From Candidatus Saccharimonadota bacterium (GTDB lineage Bacteria > Pseudomonadota > Alphaproteobacteria > Rickettsiales > Anaplasmataceae), in the NCBI GenBank assembly GCA_029715105.1, contig CP085695.1, forward strand, positions 240,001-272,000: a stretch of 32,000 nucleotides of DNA, given 5' to 3'. Below the pieces are notes generated by a model. That model did no database searches. It saw only the letters and a list, made by a program, of their open reading frames with translations, and was not told the DNA's origin. Position numbers and translations under genes: made by a program. This document shows positions 1-9,533 of the stretch, piece by piece (positions within the stretch are counted from its first letter, which is position 1; each line of letters begins with the position of its first letter).

Positions 1-466
1 CGCTACCTGTACCATCACAGGTACTACATTTTACATTTGTAACGTAATGTATAGGTGCTCGTATCCCGTTAAATGCGTCTTCCAAGGTAATTTCAAGATC
101 GTAACGTAAATCTGATCCAGGCATTTTTGTTGTACTTTTTTTTCCCATATTTGATCCACTAAATCCTCTACCAAAAAAACCGTTGAATATATCGCTAAAA
201 TCCCCTGCAGCTTGGCTAAAATCAAATCCACTAAAACCACCTCCAATGTTTTCGTGTCCGTAATGGTCATAACTTGCTTTTTTTTCAGGATCGGAAAGAA
301 TTTCATAAGCGGCTGTTATTTCTTTAAATTTTTCTTCTGCTTCTTTGTTGTTAGGGTTTCTATCTGGATGATATTTTAAGGCTAATTTTTTATATGCTTT
401 TTTTATTTCATCAATACTGGCGTTTTTATTTACTCCTAGTAATCCATAGTAATCTTTTGTGCTCAT
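1..466 (-). CDS. dnaJ: Chaperone DnaJ, N-terminal part (gene continues off the left edge of the window)
   Basis: Absent from the ORF track because no stop lies in the window. Reverse complement from ATG at 466 reads [70 protein letters not shown] (J domain with HPD). A G/F-rich linker follows ([30 protein letters not shown]), then [16 protein letters not shown]...[11 protein letters not shown] (start of the zinc-finger region). Track ORF 31..306(-) is an out-of-frame overlap of this gene. Confidence 0.9.
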   Translation of the reverse strand, partial: MSTKDYYGLLGVNKNASIDEIKKAYKKLALKYHPDRNPNNKEAEEKFKEITAAYEILSDPEKKASYDHYGHENIGGGFSGFDFSQAAGDFSDIFNGFFGRGFSGSNMGKKSTTKMPGSDLRYDLEITLEDAFNGIRAPIHYVTNVKCSTCDGTGS

Positions 467-590
467 TATAAAATATAAATTTGTTCCAACATCACTAAAG
501 GTAGGTACTTTATATATTAATTTCAAGTGTAGTTTATTTCTTATTTAAGATAAAGAAGGGTGTTTATTTTACTAAGATAAAATATTTCTA

Positions 591-665
591 TGCACCCTGA
601 ACGACTCGAACGCCCGACCTTTTGATCCGTAGTCAAATGCTCTAATCCAACTGAGCTAAGGGTGC
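591..665 (-). tRNA. tRNA-Arg, anticodon ACG; CCA not encoded
   Basis: Reverse complement is GCACCCT TA GCTC AGTTGGATTA GAGC A TTTGA CTACGGA TCAAA AGGTC GGGCG TTCGAGT CGTTC AGGGTGC A. This gives a 7-bp acceptor stem, D arm, anticodon loop CU-ACG-GA, and T loop TTCGAGT with two G-U pairs in the T stem. Total 75 nt. Confidence 0.9.
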
Positions 666-689
666 ATCTATTTAGTTAACTTTAGCAAT

Positions 690-725
690 TTTTAAAGTTT
701 GATTCAACCAATTCAAACTTTAAAA
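690..725. promoter_or_regulatory. Perfect 13-bp inverted repeat (TTTTAAAGTTTGA / TCAAACTTTAAAA) with a 10-nt spacer, in the divergent spacer between tRNA-Arg/dnaJ and the antiporter gene
   Basis: Read directly: arms at 690-702 and 713-725, spacer ttcaaccaat. Function unknown. Confidence 0.3.
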
Positions 726-990
726 TGTTTATTTGTTAAACAAAAATAGGTATAGAATTATGCAATTTTTATTTCAAAGAGTTATTGCGGTATTCATAAA
801 TGTTTAAATATAGCTGATAATTTCTACAATTATAAAAAAAAAAAAGAACTTTGTGTTTTAAAAATTACCGTGTCATTTTAAAAATTAATAAAAACTTGAT
901 TTGACATTTAATGTTTATTTGTAAATTAATTTTATTATATATTAGTATTAGAGTTTAAAGTATCGTTATTATTAGTGATGATATAAACCC

Positions 991-2577
991 GTGTTAAGTA
1001 GATCGGAAGTACAACTTTATAAGTTTTCGTTATTGTTTCTGTTATTTACACTAGTAGCTTTGATATTCAAGTTACCTGAAAATTTGGATATTGTATTGAA
1101 TTGGTCTCATTATCCTATTCTGAATTTCGATTTATCTTTTCGAATTGTAACAATATTTTTTTTATTAATTGCATTCTTAATTATTTTATCAACAAAAAGT
1201 TTATGCTTTTCAGAAATGTTATTTATTTTTATTTATACTATAAACTTACTATGTGTAATCCTCTCCAAGAGGATATTATTTGCTGTAATATTTTATGAAT
1301 TAATGAGTATTAGTTCATTTTTTATTATTGCAGCGGGAAGTAAAGATAGTGGACCACCAGTAAGATATGCTTGTGTACATTTTTTTGCTGGAGTTATATT
1401 AATAATGGGATTAGCAAATCATAGATTTTCTGAACCTATAATCATTATAGGTTTATTAATAAATAGTGCTTGTTTTCCTTTTTCATTTTGGGTTGTTGAT
1501 GCATATCCTTCTGCATCATTACATAGTGCATTGTATCTTTCTACATTTACTACTAAAATTTCTTTTTTAATAGCGCTTTTACATACCTACAATTTTTGGC
1601 AAGATTATGATAAAATATTAGCATTTTTAGGTACTATTACAGCCATTTATGGTATTATATTTGCTTTTTTCGAACAGAATATTCGTAGGTTTTTTGCTTA
1701 TAATGCAGTAGGACAAATGGGTATATTAATTATTACAGGAAGTTTGCTTAGTCGCTCTGAAGATGCTTTGCCATTGCTTATTTTTAATATAATTTTCTCT
1801 ATTGTTTATCAGGTATTATTTATTGTTGTCATTAATGGGGTTATTTTACGAACAAAAGTAATGAACTTTAACAGAGTAAATAAGTTTATGTTGGTAGAGG
1901 GGGCATGTGTTTTAGTTGCTATACTTGCAATGGCCGCATTTCCTGGTACTGCTGGATTTATAAGTAAATCATATATTGGAGTCAGAATTAAAATGGATAG
2001 TACAGGTCTAAAGATATATGAAAATTTGCATAAAATATTAAGTTTATTGCTTTATTTAGGTATAGGGCTTAAGTTTTTTTATTATTTATTTCCTATTAAT
2101 ACTAGTGGTAGTAAATTAAAAATTCCAGAGAACGCAACAATTATATTTATTTTAACGTTTATATGTATAATTATTGGAAATCCCTATTTACCAATCTACA
2201 ACAAGTCTGTAATTTTTGATTTTGTATATAATATACAAAATATTTACTCACAATTTATTTTATTACTATGTATCACTTTATTATTTATTTCGTTACGAAA
2301 TCTATTTTTACTAAGAATAAATTTCAAAATGGACGTTGATTGGATTTTTAGAGCTTTAATACCATATGTAGTTTTGTTATTTAGCGAGTTGATTTTTAAG
2401 TTGAAAACAACATTTATTACTGCACTGCGAAGCTTGACTAACTTCCTTATTAATTTATACTTAAATAATATTTCTAAGTTTAAAGATGTGTTGTGCTATA
2501 GCTCTGTGAGCTTTGTGTCAGCTTCTTCTCTTTTTTTGATTAACATATTACTAATATTGCTATGTTTAAATTGTTAA
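991..2577 (+). CDS. Proton-conducting membrane transporter family protein (MrpD/MnhD- or NuoN-like antiporter subunit), polytopic membrane protein
   Basis: 528-aa ORF with a GTG start. It is highly hydrophobic and has family-typical blocks: FYELMSISSFFII, FSFWVVDAYPSAS...KISFL, FFAYNAVGQMG, FPGTAGFISK, DVDWIFR. The start codon is uncertain. Confidence 0.6.
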   Translation: MLSRSEVQLYKFSLLFLLFTLVALIFKLPENLDIVLNWSHYPILNFDLSFRIVTIFFLLIAFLIILSTKSLCFSEMLFIFIYTINLLCVILSKRILFAVIFYELMSISSFFIIAAGSKDSGPPVRYACVHFFAGVILIMGLANHRFSEPIIIIGLLINSACFPFSFWVVDAYPSASLHSALYLSTFTTKISFLIALLHTYNFWQDYDKILAFLGTITAIYGIIFAFFEQNIRRFFAYNAVGQMGILIITGSLLSRSEDALPLLIFNIIFSIVYQVLFIVVINGVILRTKVMNFNRVNKFMLVEGACVLVAILAMAAFPGTAGFISKSYIGVRIKMDSTGLKIYENLHKILSLLLYLGIGLKFFYYLFPINTSGSKLKIPENATIIFILTFICIIIGNPYLPIYNKSVIFDFVYNIQNIYSQFILLLCITLLFISLRNLFLLRINFKMDVDWIFRALIPYVVLLFSELIFKLKTTFITALRSLTNFLINLYLNNISKFKDVLCYSSVSFVSASSLFLINILLILLCLNC

Positions 2578-3905
2578 CTGATGGTTTAAATTCTGTATTT
2601 AACAAACTTATGGAGAAATCGGTTATTTCAGAAGATGACTTTGATTTTGCTATGCGTGAAATACGCATAGCTCTTATTGAGGCTGATGTTTCACTTGAGG
2701 TTATAAAAAAATTTATTAGTTCTCTTAAAGAGAAGGTTATAGGAGAGAAGGTAATAAAAAGCGTTTCTCCTGTACAAATGATAATTAAGATTGTTCAGGA
2801 TAATTTGGTTACAATTCTTGGATCAGAAAAAAGTGAATTGAATCTCGCAGTCAAGCCTCCTGCCATAATTATTATGGTTGGTTTACAAGGTTCTGGCAAA
2901 ACTACGACTTCAGGAAAACTTGCATTAAGATTAAAAAAGCACAATAAGAAAGTAATGCTTGCCTCTTTAGATATTTATAGACCTGCTGCACAAAAACAGC
3001 TTGAGATACTAGGTAAACAAATAGATGTGCAAACTTTACCTATAATTCCTAATGAGAAGCCTATTTTAATTACAAAAAGAGCAATGGAAATAGCAAAGAG
3101 CGATAGTTATGATGTGCTAATATTAGATACTGCTGGTAGATCTCATATTGATACGAATATGATGAATGAATTAAAAGAGATAAAAAGGATAACTTTACCT
3201 ACGGAGATTATTTTAGTGGTAGATGCAATGATTGGACAAGATGCAGTAAATATTGCTAAGTCATTTAATGAGATTATAGGTGTAACTGGTATCATTCTTA
3301 CTCGTGTTGATGGCGATACACGTGGTGGTGCTGCACTCTCTATGAAAATGGTAGCCAATTGTCCAATTAAGTTTATTGCTTGTGGTGAAAAGTTAAGTGA
3401 TCTTGATGATTTTCATTCAGATAGAATAGCAAAGAGAATATTAGATATGGGTGATGTTGTTTCCTTAGTTGAAAAAGCAGCCAAAATAGTTGGTCAAGAA
3501 GAAATTAATAAACTTCAAAAGAAAATAAAAAAAGGTAGATTTGATTTAGATGATTTGGTTCGAATGCTAAAAACTTTAAACAAAATGGATGGTATAAGTA
3601 ATATAATGAAGTTTATTCCAAGTTCGTTTACAAAAAAATTAAGTGGCGGAATACCAGATGATAGTAAAGTAAGAAAATACATAGCTATTATAAATTCTAT
3701 GACTAAGGAAGAAAGATCATGTCCATCTATTTTAAATGGTAAGAGGAGGCTTAGGATCGCAAAAGGCTCTGGGACTGGTGTACCGGATGTTAATCTTTTA
3801 ATTAAACAATATACTCAAATGAGTATGATGGTAAATAAATTTAGTAAAGTTGATCATGGTAAATTAAAAGAATCTGATCTAATAGATATATTGAATAGAA
3901 AATGA
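2562..3905 (+). CDS. ffh: Signal recognition particle protein Ffh (SRP54 GTPase)
   Basis: 447 aa. N-terminus MFKLLTDGLNSVFNKL, G1 GLQGSGKTTTSGKLA, DTAGR, TRVDGDTRGGAALS, and an M domain with GRFDLDDLVRMLKTLNKM and RIAKGSGT. Overlaps the upstream ORF by 16 nt. Confidence 0.95.
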   Translation: MFKLLTDGLNSVFNKLMEKSVISEDDFDFAMREIRIALIEADVSLEVIKKFISSLKEKVIGEKVIKSVSPVQMIIKIVQDNLVTILGSEKSELNLAVKPPAIIIMVGLQGSGKTTTSGKLALRLKKHNKKVMLASLDIYRPAAQKQLEILGKQIDVQTLPIIPNEKPILITKRAMEIAKSDSYDVLILDTAGRSHIDTNMMNELKEIKRITLPTEIILVVDAMIGQDAVNIAKSFNEIIGVTGIILTRVDGDTRGGAALSMKMVANCPIKFIACGEKLSDLDDFHSDRIAKRILDMGDVVSLVEKAAKIVGQEEINKLQKKIKKGRFDLDDLVRMLKTLNKMDGISNIMKFIPSSFTKKLSGGIPDDSKVRKYIAIINSMTKEERSCPSILNGKRRLRIAKGSGTGVPDVNLLIKQYTQMSMMVNKFSKVDHGKLKESDLIDILNRK

Positions 3906-5045
3906 ATGGATTTATTTATAAGTTTTCTATATTATCCTTTATTTTGGTATTTATAAATATGAATATTGTTATTGTATACCTTCTAAATCAGAGAGTGGGG
4001 GGAATTGAACCTGATATAAAAGCAATTTCTCGTATATTGTTAATAATTTATCCTTTATAATACTATATTACCACTTATCTAATTACAGCAATTTTGTCAA
4101 ATTTTGAATTTGATTGTGTTTTATTTATTTCTATGGCTTCATCTTTTTCATTTTAGGATTTATTATAATTCGAATTTCCTTTATGACTTTGAAATTTTGA
4201 AGAGTTTTTAATTTTACAAACTTATTTTGTATATTTCCTTTTAGTTTTTAGTTTTTTTTGAAAATTATAGAATTAATTTAGTTATATATAAAAATTTAAT
4301 TTACGATATCAGTAGATTTTAAGTTATATTTTTATATAAGGTGATTAGTATTTTATTGTAAAATCTTATTTTAAGTTTTAATTCTATTCTAATAGAGAGA
4401 AGTATTTTTTTCAAATATTATGAGTAGGTAACCACAGAAAGATATTTTGATAAGTTGTTGATAAAATCATAAATATTGAAGTTGGACTTTTATTTCTGAG
4501 ATGATGCATTGTTTATTTATGTAGAAAATGATGAAATGAAACTAATTTTCAAGAAAGCTTTAATTATGTGAATATCGAATTATAAATCTGTGTACTAATA
4601 GTAGCGAAGACAAAGTAGGAGTAGATGGATTAATTTTTTTAATAAAGGTTAAATTATGCAGTTTTTGTAAAAATATTAGCACGCGTGTATAATTTATGGG
4701 GGTAATAACAAAATTTATAAGATACAAGATTATCTTTTCATATATGTTTTATCCATACATCTCTAGGATAAAGGTTATATACTACTGTGTACCACAGTAC
4801 CACTTGTTTATATAATTTAGTTATAAAATTCTAATTATTATTTGTGAATTTTAAATGAAGTTGAGACCTTGTAAATAAAATTTATTAAAAAGTTACGGAT
4901 TTTCTTGCTACAATGGTAGGTTTTACTGTTTAATTTCTTTTCTTTATTAGGGTTGGATTTTATAATTTAATTAAGAGATGTTGTCTAGTTGAATAGTATA
5001 TAATATGTAAATACTAATTTAAAAGTTTTAAAGATTCTGTATTAT

Positions 5046-6452
5046 TTAATGTCCAGTTAGTATCCTTTCTACTAATTCTTTTACTGTTGGTATATGACCG
5101 TTGTTGTAAAATGGATCTTGTTTAAATTTATATACATTGTGTCCCGAGAACATAAGTTCATTTTCGATGTCTCCATTGTGAATAATGTTTTGTAATGTTT
5201 TCTGTATACAGAAACTTCTTGGATCTGGCTTTCGTCCTGTTGAATGATTACCATGATCTTTCCAATTGCTAAATAGACAATGACTTAAACATCCCATACA
5301 ATTGATTTGATCTTGCTTTATTTCCGCAAACTTGTCTGGTGTTACAAAAATCACAGTTTTATCTGGAGTTTTTATTGCCTCTGTGTATCCCTCTTTAGTC
5401 CATATATTTGTAAGTTCTTTATCTTTTGTGGTTAAAAAAATTTTTTTTCTACCTCCAGAACCTATCTTAAATTCATTATTAAATTCTTTATTTATGCTTT
5501 CGGAAAATTTCACTTGACGTGAACTTCGCTCCTGTAATTCACGTATAAAGTTATTTTTTACTGCAGATGAATAAAACCCAGTAGGACTAAATTTATTTAA
5601 AAATACATCGCCCTTTTTTGAGGTAAGTAGTTTCTTTTTCCATTCTGTAGAGATTGGACTTTCTTTAGTTAAGAGTGGACGAGTTCCAAACTGAAAAACT
5701 ATTGGTCCAATTTGTGGATTATTAAACCAATATTCCCAATCTTTTAGGTGCCATACTCCGCCTGCCATAATAATTGGAGTTTCTGAAAGACCAATCTCAT
5801 TCATAAATGATCTAAGTTCTGAAACTCTATTAAATGGAGCTTGAGGAAATTTTGGTTCTTCGTTGCTACTAAGACCATTATGTCCCCCAGCAAGCCATGG
5901 ATCTTCATACACTACTCCGCCAAGTAAAAAAGAAGACACTTTTCGGTAAGCACGTTTCCATAATGCTTTGAAAGCACGTACTGATGAAATAATAGGGTAA
6001 TAATAAATTTGATGTTTGGCTGCAATCTCTCCAAGCTTATATGGCATTCCAGCACCACAAGTAATACCATGGATCAAGCCTTTTGCTTTTTCTAATATAC
6101 TGTGAAGTACAAATTCTGCTGCTCCCATTTCCCAAAGTACGTTCATATGCACTCTTCCACGGCCTTGTGATACTTCATTCGCTATTTTTGCTTGACTAAT
6201 TCCGGCTTTGATACTATACCGGATCAGTTCTTCATGTTTTTCATTTCTAGTTTTGCCTTTATAAATCAGTGGCACTAACTCACCATTATTATCAATAAGT
6301 TTAGTATTTACGCCAGAAAACGTGCCTACAGCATCTGCTGCAGCAAATGCTCCACTTGATTTTCCATCACTAATTGCAATTCCCTTACCGCCTTCAATAA
6401 TTGGCCACACTATTTTTCCTGAGATCATTATTTTTTTTATTTTATTTTTCAA
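5046..6452 (-). CDS. 2-nitropropane dioxygenase / nitronate monooxygenase (NPD) family flavin oxidoreductase, long form with Cys-rich C-terminal extension
   Basis: 468 aa. TIM-barrel NPD-like blocks: WPIIEGGKGIAIS, ITCGAGMP, IIMAGGVW. C-terminal extension carries C385-x2-C388-x3-C392...C415. Confidence 0.75.
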   Translation of the reverse strand: MKNKIKKIMISGKIVWPIIEGGKGIAISDGKSSGAFAAADAVGTFSGVNTKLIDNNGELVPLIYKGKTRNEKHEELIRYSIKAGISQAKIANEVSQGRGRVHMNVLWEMGAAEFVLHSILEKAKGLIHGITCGAGMPYKLGEIAAKHQIYYYPIISSVRAFKALWKRAYRKVSSFLLGGVVYEDPWLAGGHNGLSSNEEPKFPQAPFNRVSELRSFMNEIGLSETPIIMAGGVWHLKDWEYWFNNPQIGPIVFQFGTRPLLTKESPISTEWKKKLLTSKKGDVFLNKFSPTGFYSSAVKNNFIRELQERSSRQVKFSESINKEFNNEFKIGSGGRKKIFLTTKDKELTNIWTKEGYTEAIKTPDKTVIFVTPDKFAEIKQDQINCMGCLSHCLFSNWKDHGNHSTGRKPDPRSFCIQKTLQNIIHNGDIENELMFSGHNVYKFKQDPFYNNGHIPTVKELVERILTGH

Positions 6453-7172
6453 AGTTTCCTCATGATCTTTTTTCTATTTTACTTAATTATTAAAAAAATA
6501 GTAGTCATATTTATTTCTTTTAGAATAGAAGTTTTATATGAATTTGTGTATTAATAAATGATAAGAAAATATTTTAGTTTTTATTACTAAGATAGAATAA
6601 TAAGTTATATATTTTATTTGTATTTAAAGTTTATAAGGATTATTAACAAAATTTATATTAAGTAGGAAGAATTTTATAAAAATTTTTTTAAAGGTTTATT
6701 TGATAAGTGCTAATTTAAGATTAATCGGAATAATGTATATCTATTATTTTAGATAAAGAAATTTTTCTGGAGATAAATGGTAAATAATTGGTAAATATAG
6801 TACTAATTAAGTATTGTTAAAATTTAAGTTGTTTAAGTTTTTAAAGGAATCTTGATTTAATCTTTAATTCCTTATCTTGTGATATACTTTATTGAGAAGG
6901 CTTTTGATTTTTAGATGTTGCTCTCCCAGATAGAGGAGGGGTCAGTTCGATATTTACCGTTTTAATTTATGTTTTTATTATAAAACAATATTCTGTGTGT
7001 AGAGATAATACAGTGAAGGTTAATGTAAAAGTAGTAAACAAGAAAACATTATCTTTGGTAATTTAGAATTTGTTTCGCATAGAATCTTTTAGCGTTAATG
7101 GGGGTCATAATTATTTGATTACCCTCCTGTTTGATTATTGTTGATTAGATATGATTATTGTAAATTTTCATT

Positions 7173-8399
7173 TTAGTTTCTAGCATTCGGTTTTGATTTA
7201 GGGTTCGTAATAACTAAATTGCTTTGAATATTAATAATATTATTTGTAGATTTCATTACTGAAATTTCAATGTTTAAGCTTTCATTTAGGAATGATTCAA
7301 TTGATTTCCCAAAAAAATCATATCTCCACCCCTTGAATAGTTTATTTGTTTTTCTTGATATTGATTCAGCTAACTCATCTTTTGATGAAACTAATTTTTT
7401 TGATATACAATTTTTTTTACATTCGTTTTCTAGTATGATTAAAAGAATATCAAGTACAGACTTATCATAACTGTTTAGTATGATGCTGTTGTTATTGTGC
7501 TGCGTAAGGTCTTTTTCATTTTCGTTGAAGATGTCTATAAATTCTAATAGATCTTCTTCTTTTATATTTTTTGTATTCTTTCTAAGATCCTCTAAAATTT
7601 CGTCAACACATTCAATATTATTTTCAATAAATTTAGTTATTACAGCATTATCAATTATTTTACTACGATTTACATTATAGCGTTGCGCTATAATTTCTTG
7701 CCATTCACTAACTGCTTTGATAGTTAACATAAGTTTTGGATTTGATTTGTAATCAAATTTAATTCTCTTCCATGCATCTTTTGGACTACGGGTATATTGA
7801 TTTATATCAACAGTTGCTTCCATTTCTTCTTGAAACCAATCTATTCTATTTTTTTCTTCAAGTTTATTATACAATATTTGGTGCAAATCATATAAATAAA
7901 CTACATCGCTTATTGCATAATCTAATTGATCTTCAGAAAGTGGGCGTTTTAACCAATTTGAATTTTTAGCTTTAATTTTATTTAACACTATTCCTTGATA
8001 TTGTTCTACTATTTTTGAATAACCAACAAAGTCATGATAGTAATGACAAAACATAGCAGCAATTTGAGTATCAAAAATAGGAGTTGGGATGCATTTGAAT
8101 ACTGTAAATAAAGATTCGATATCTTGTCTACAGCTATGAAATACTTTGGTTATTTCTTGATTTAGGATTATTCTTTTAATGAGAGATAAATCAATTTCTG
8201 GTACTAGCGCGTCTATAATAAAATTTTTTCTTTCATAAGAAATTTGAATTAATGATAGTTTTGGGTAATAAGTTAAATTATTTCTAAGAAATTCCGTGTC
8301 AATTGCTATATATTTCGGTTTTTCTGCTATTAGTTCTTCGAATATATTTTCTAAATCTGATGTTGTATTAATTAACATATATACTTTATCAGTAGTCAT
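7173..8399 (-). CDS. rnd: Ribonuclease D (DEDD 3'-5' exonuclease plus HRDC region)
   Basis: 408 aa. ExoI IAIDTEF, LIQI, ExoII VFHSCRQDIESL, ExoIII YAISDVVYL, followed by a helical C-terminal region. Confidence 0.85.
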   Translation of the reverse strand: MTTDKVYMLINTTSDLENIFEELIAEKPKYIAIDTEFLRNNLTYYPKLSLIQISYERKNFIIDALVPEIDLSLIKRIILNQEITKVFHSCRQDIESLFTVFKCIPTPIFDTQIAAMFCHYYHDFVGYSKIVEQYQGIVLNKIKAKNSNWLKRPLSEDQLDYAISDVVYLYDLHQILYNKLEEKNRIDWFQEEMEATVDINQYTRSPKDAWKRIKFDYKSNPKLMLTIKAVSEWQEIIAQRYNVNRSKIIDNAVITKFIENNIECVDEILEDLRKNTKNIKEEDLLEFIDIFNENEKDLTQHNNNSIILNSYDKSVLDILLIILENECKKNCISKKLVSSKDELAESISRKTNKLFKGWRYDFFGKSIESFLNESLNIEISVMKSTNNIINIQSNLVITNPKSKPNARN

Positions 8400-8915
8400 A
8401 CTTTTAAAATTTTAAGTTTTAATTAAACTTAGATAATGTTTTATAAAACCCCTACTACACTTTACTGTGTCTTTTATAAATGGCAATATAGAATTTGAAA
8501 ATTTGTATAATAGGTTTAAAAATTTTTATAAGAAGAAATAACGAGGAAGGTATCAATTATTTTCAATAGGGGTGAAATTTACCTCATTTTGGAAATGAAT
8601 AAATATTAATATGATTTTTAATTGAATAAAATATAAACGATAGAACAAAGATAATTGATCTGGAAATTAATTTTATATTTATATGTGATATTCTAGATTA
8701 AATTCATTAACTCTCGGTTTATGTGAATATAAGCTTTTTAAAGTTTTATGAATTATGAGATAAGTAATTATAACATTAATTTAAATAGAGAATGTGATAT
8801 TAACATAGAAAGAAGAAGTATTTGTAATAACCTACTATTTTTGTAATTTTACAAATAAATTGTGAAGGGATTATAAAATAGTGTTAAATGATTTTCTGCA
8901 TAGTATTAGTAGAAT

Positions 8916-9533
8916 TCAGTTGTTAAAAAGTGTAAGATCAATAACAGTGAAATCATATAATTCCTTTGCATAGGGGTTGTGTTCTGTAATGATTATTATT
9001 CCATTTTGTTTATAGCGTATTGAAATTAAATTCAATACTAATTTGCGAGTTGCATCATCAAGATTACAAAATGGTTCATCTATTAACCAAATATTCGCAT
9101 TAGAAATTAAAAGACGAGCAAGTGCAGCTCTTCTTTTCCATCCAGCAGAAAGTTCATTATATCTAATATTGAGTACTGGTTGTAATTGTAAACAATAAAC
9201 AGATGCCATGATTAATTCTTTGGTATTTCTTATTTCTGCCCAAAATTCTATATTTTCAGCAACAGTAAGCCTATTTTTATATGCATTTTTGTGTCCTATA
9301 TAAATCATAGATTGTATATAGTGCTTTGGATTATCGTATATATCTTTTCCACAATATTTTATATTACCTGTTATCGGTGGAAGCAGTACAGATAAACTTT
9401 TAATTAAGGTAGTTTTACCGCTACCATTTGGACCAGTGATCAATATTTTAGATTTAGGCTTAGCATGAAAATTGAGATTCTTAAACAAAACTTTATTATT
9501 GCGTGCACAGGATAAATTTTTACATTCGATCAT
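8916..9533 (-). CDS. ccmA: Heme exporter ATP-binding protein CcmA (cytochrome c maturation ABC ATPase)
   Basis: 205 aa. Walker A GPNGSGKTTL, signature LSAGWKRRAALARLL, Walker B IWLIDEPFCNLD. Size and signature variant are typical of CcmA. Confidence 0.8.
   Translation of the reverse strand: MIECKNLSCARNNKVLFKNLNFHAKPKSKILITGPNGSGKTTLIKSLSVLLPPITGNIKYCGKDIYDNPKHYIQSMIYIGHKNAYKNRLTVAENIEFWAEIRNTKELIMASVYCLQLQPVLNIRYNELSAGWKRRAALARLLISNANIWLIDEPFCNLDDATRKLVLNLISIRYKQNGIIIITEHNPYAKELYDFTVIDLTLFNN

Noticed and set aside
31-306. Track ORF of 91 aa on the minus strand
   Set aside because: It is the +1 frame of the genuine dnaJ reading frame (1-466, minus), whose translation shows the J domain and G/F linker. 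The 91-aa product has no recognisable features.
834-845. A12 run in the spacer upstream of the antiporter gene, and a T12 run (31431-31442) encoding KKK near the tatC C-terminus
   Set aside because: Long A/T homopolymers are expected in such AT-rich DNA. Slippage in the tatC run would alter only the last ~8 residues.
1101-1298. 65-aa + strand ORF inside the antiporter gene
   Set aside because: An alternative frame of a clearly coding membrane-protein gene. Low-complexity AT-codon product.
3143-3358. 71-aa ORF antisense to ffh, and similar antisense ORFs at 5332-5517, 7270-7969 (three ORFs), 10932-11336, 15285-15729, 18335-18874, 21941-22231, 25272-26174, 27438-27653, 28279-28557, 29671-30048
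   Set aside because: All lie wholly or almost wholly within well-supported genes on the opposite strand, the last few extending at most about 35 nt beyond the gene start. They have no motifs and are the usual shadow ORFs.
3993-4012. tRNA T-arm-like strings (GGGGGGAATTGAACC here; GGGGTCAGTTCGATATT at 6939-6955)
   Set aside because: I could not build complementary T stems, acceptor stems or anticodon arms around either. At best they are eroded fragments, not tRNA or tmRNA genes.
4694-4708. Recurrent ATGGGG(G)TNA strings (4694, 7098, 21096, 26279)
   Set aside because: The core is a short 6-7-mer and the count is only marginally above my rough compositional expectation. I cannot separate it from chance without genome-wide statistics.
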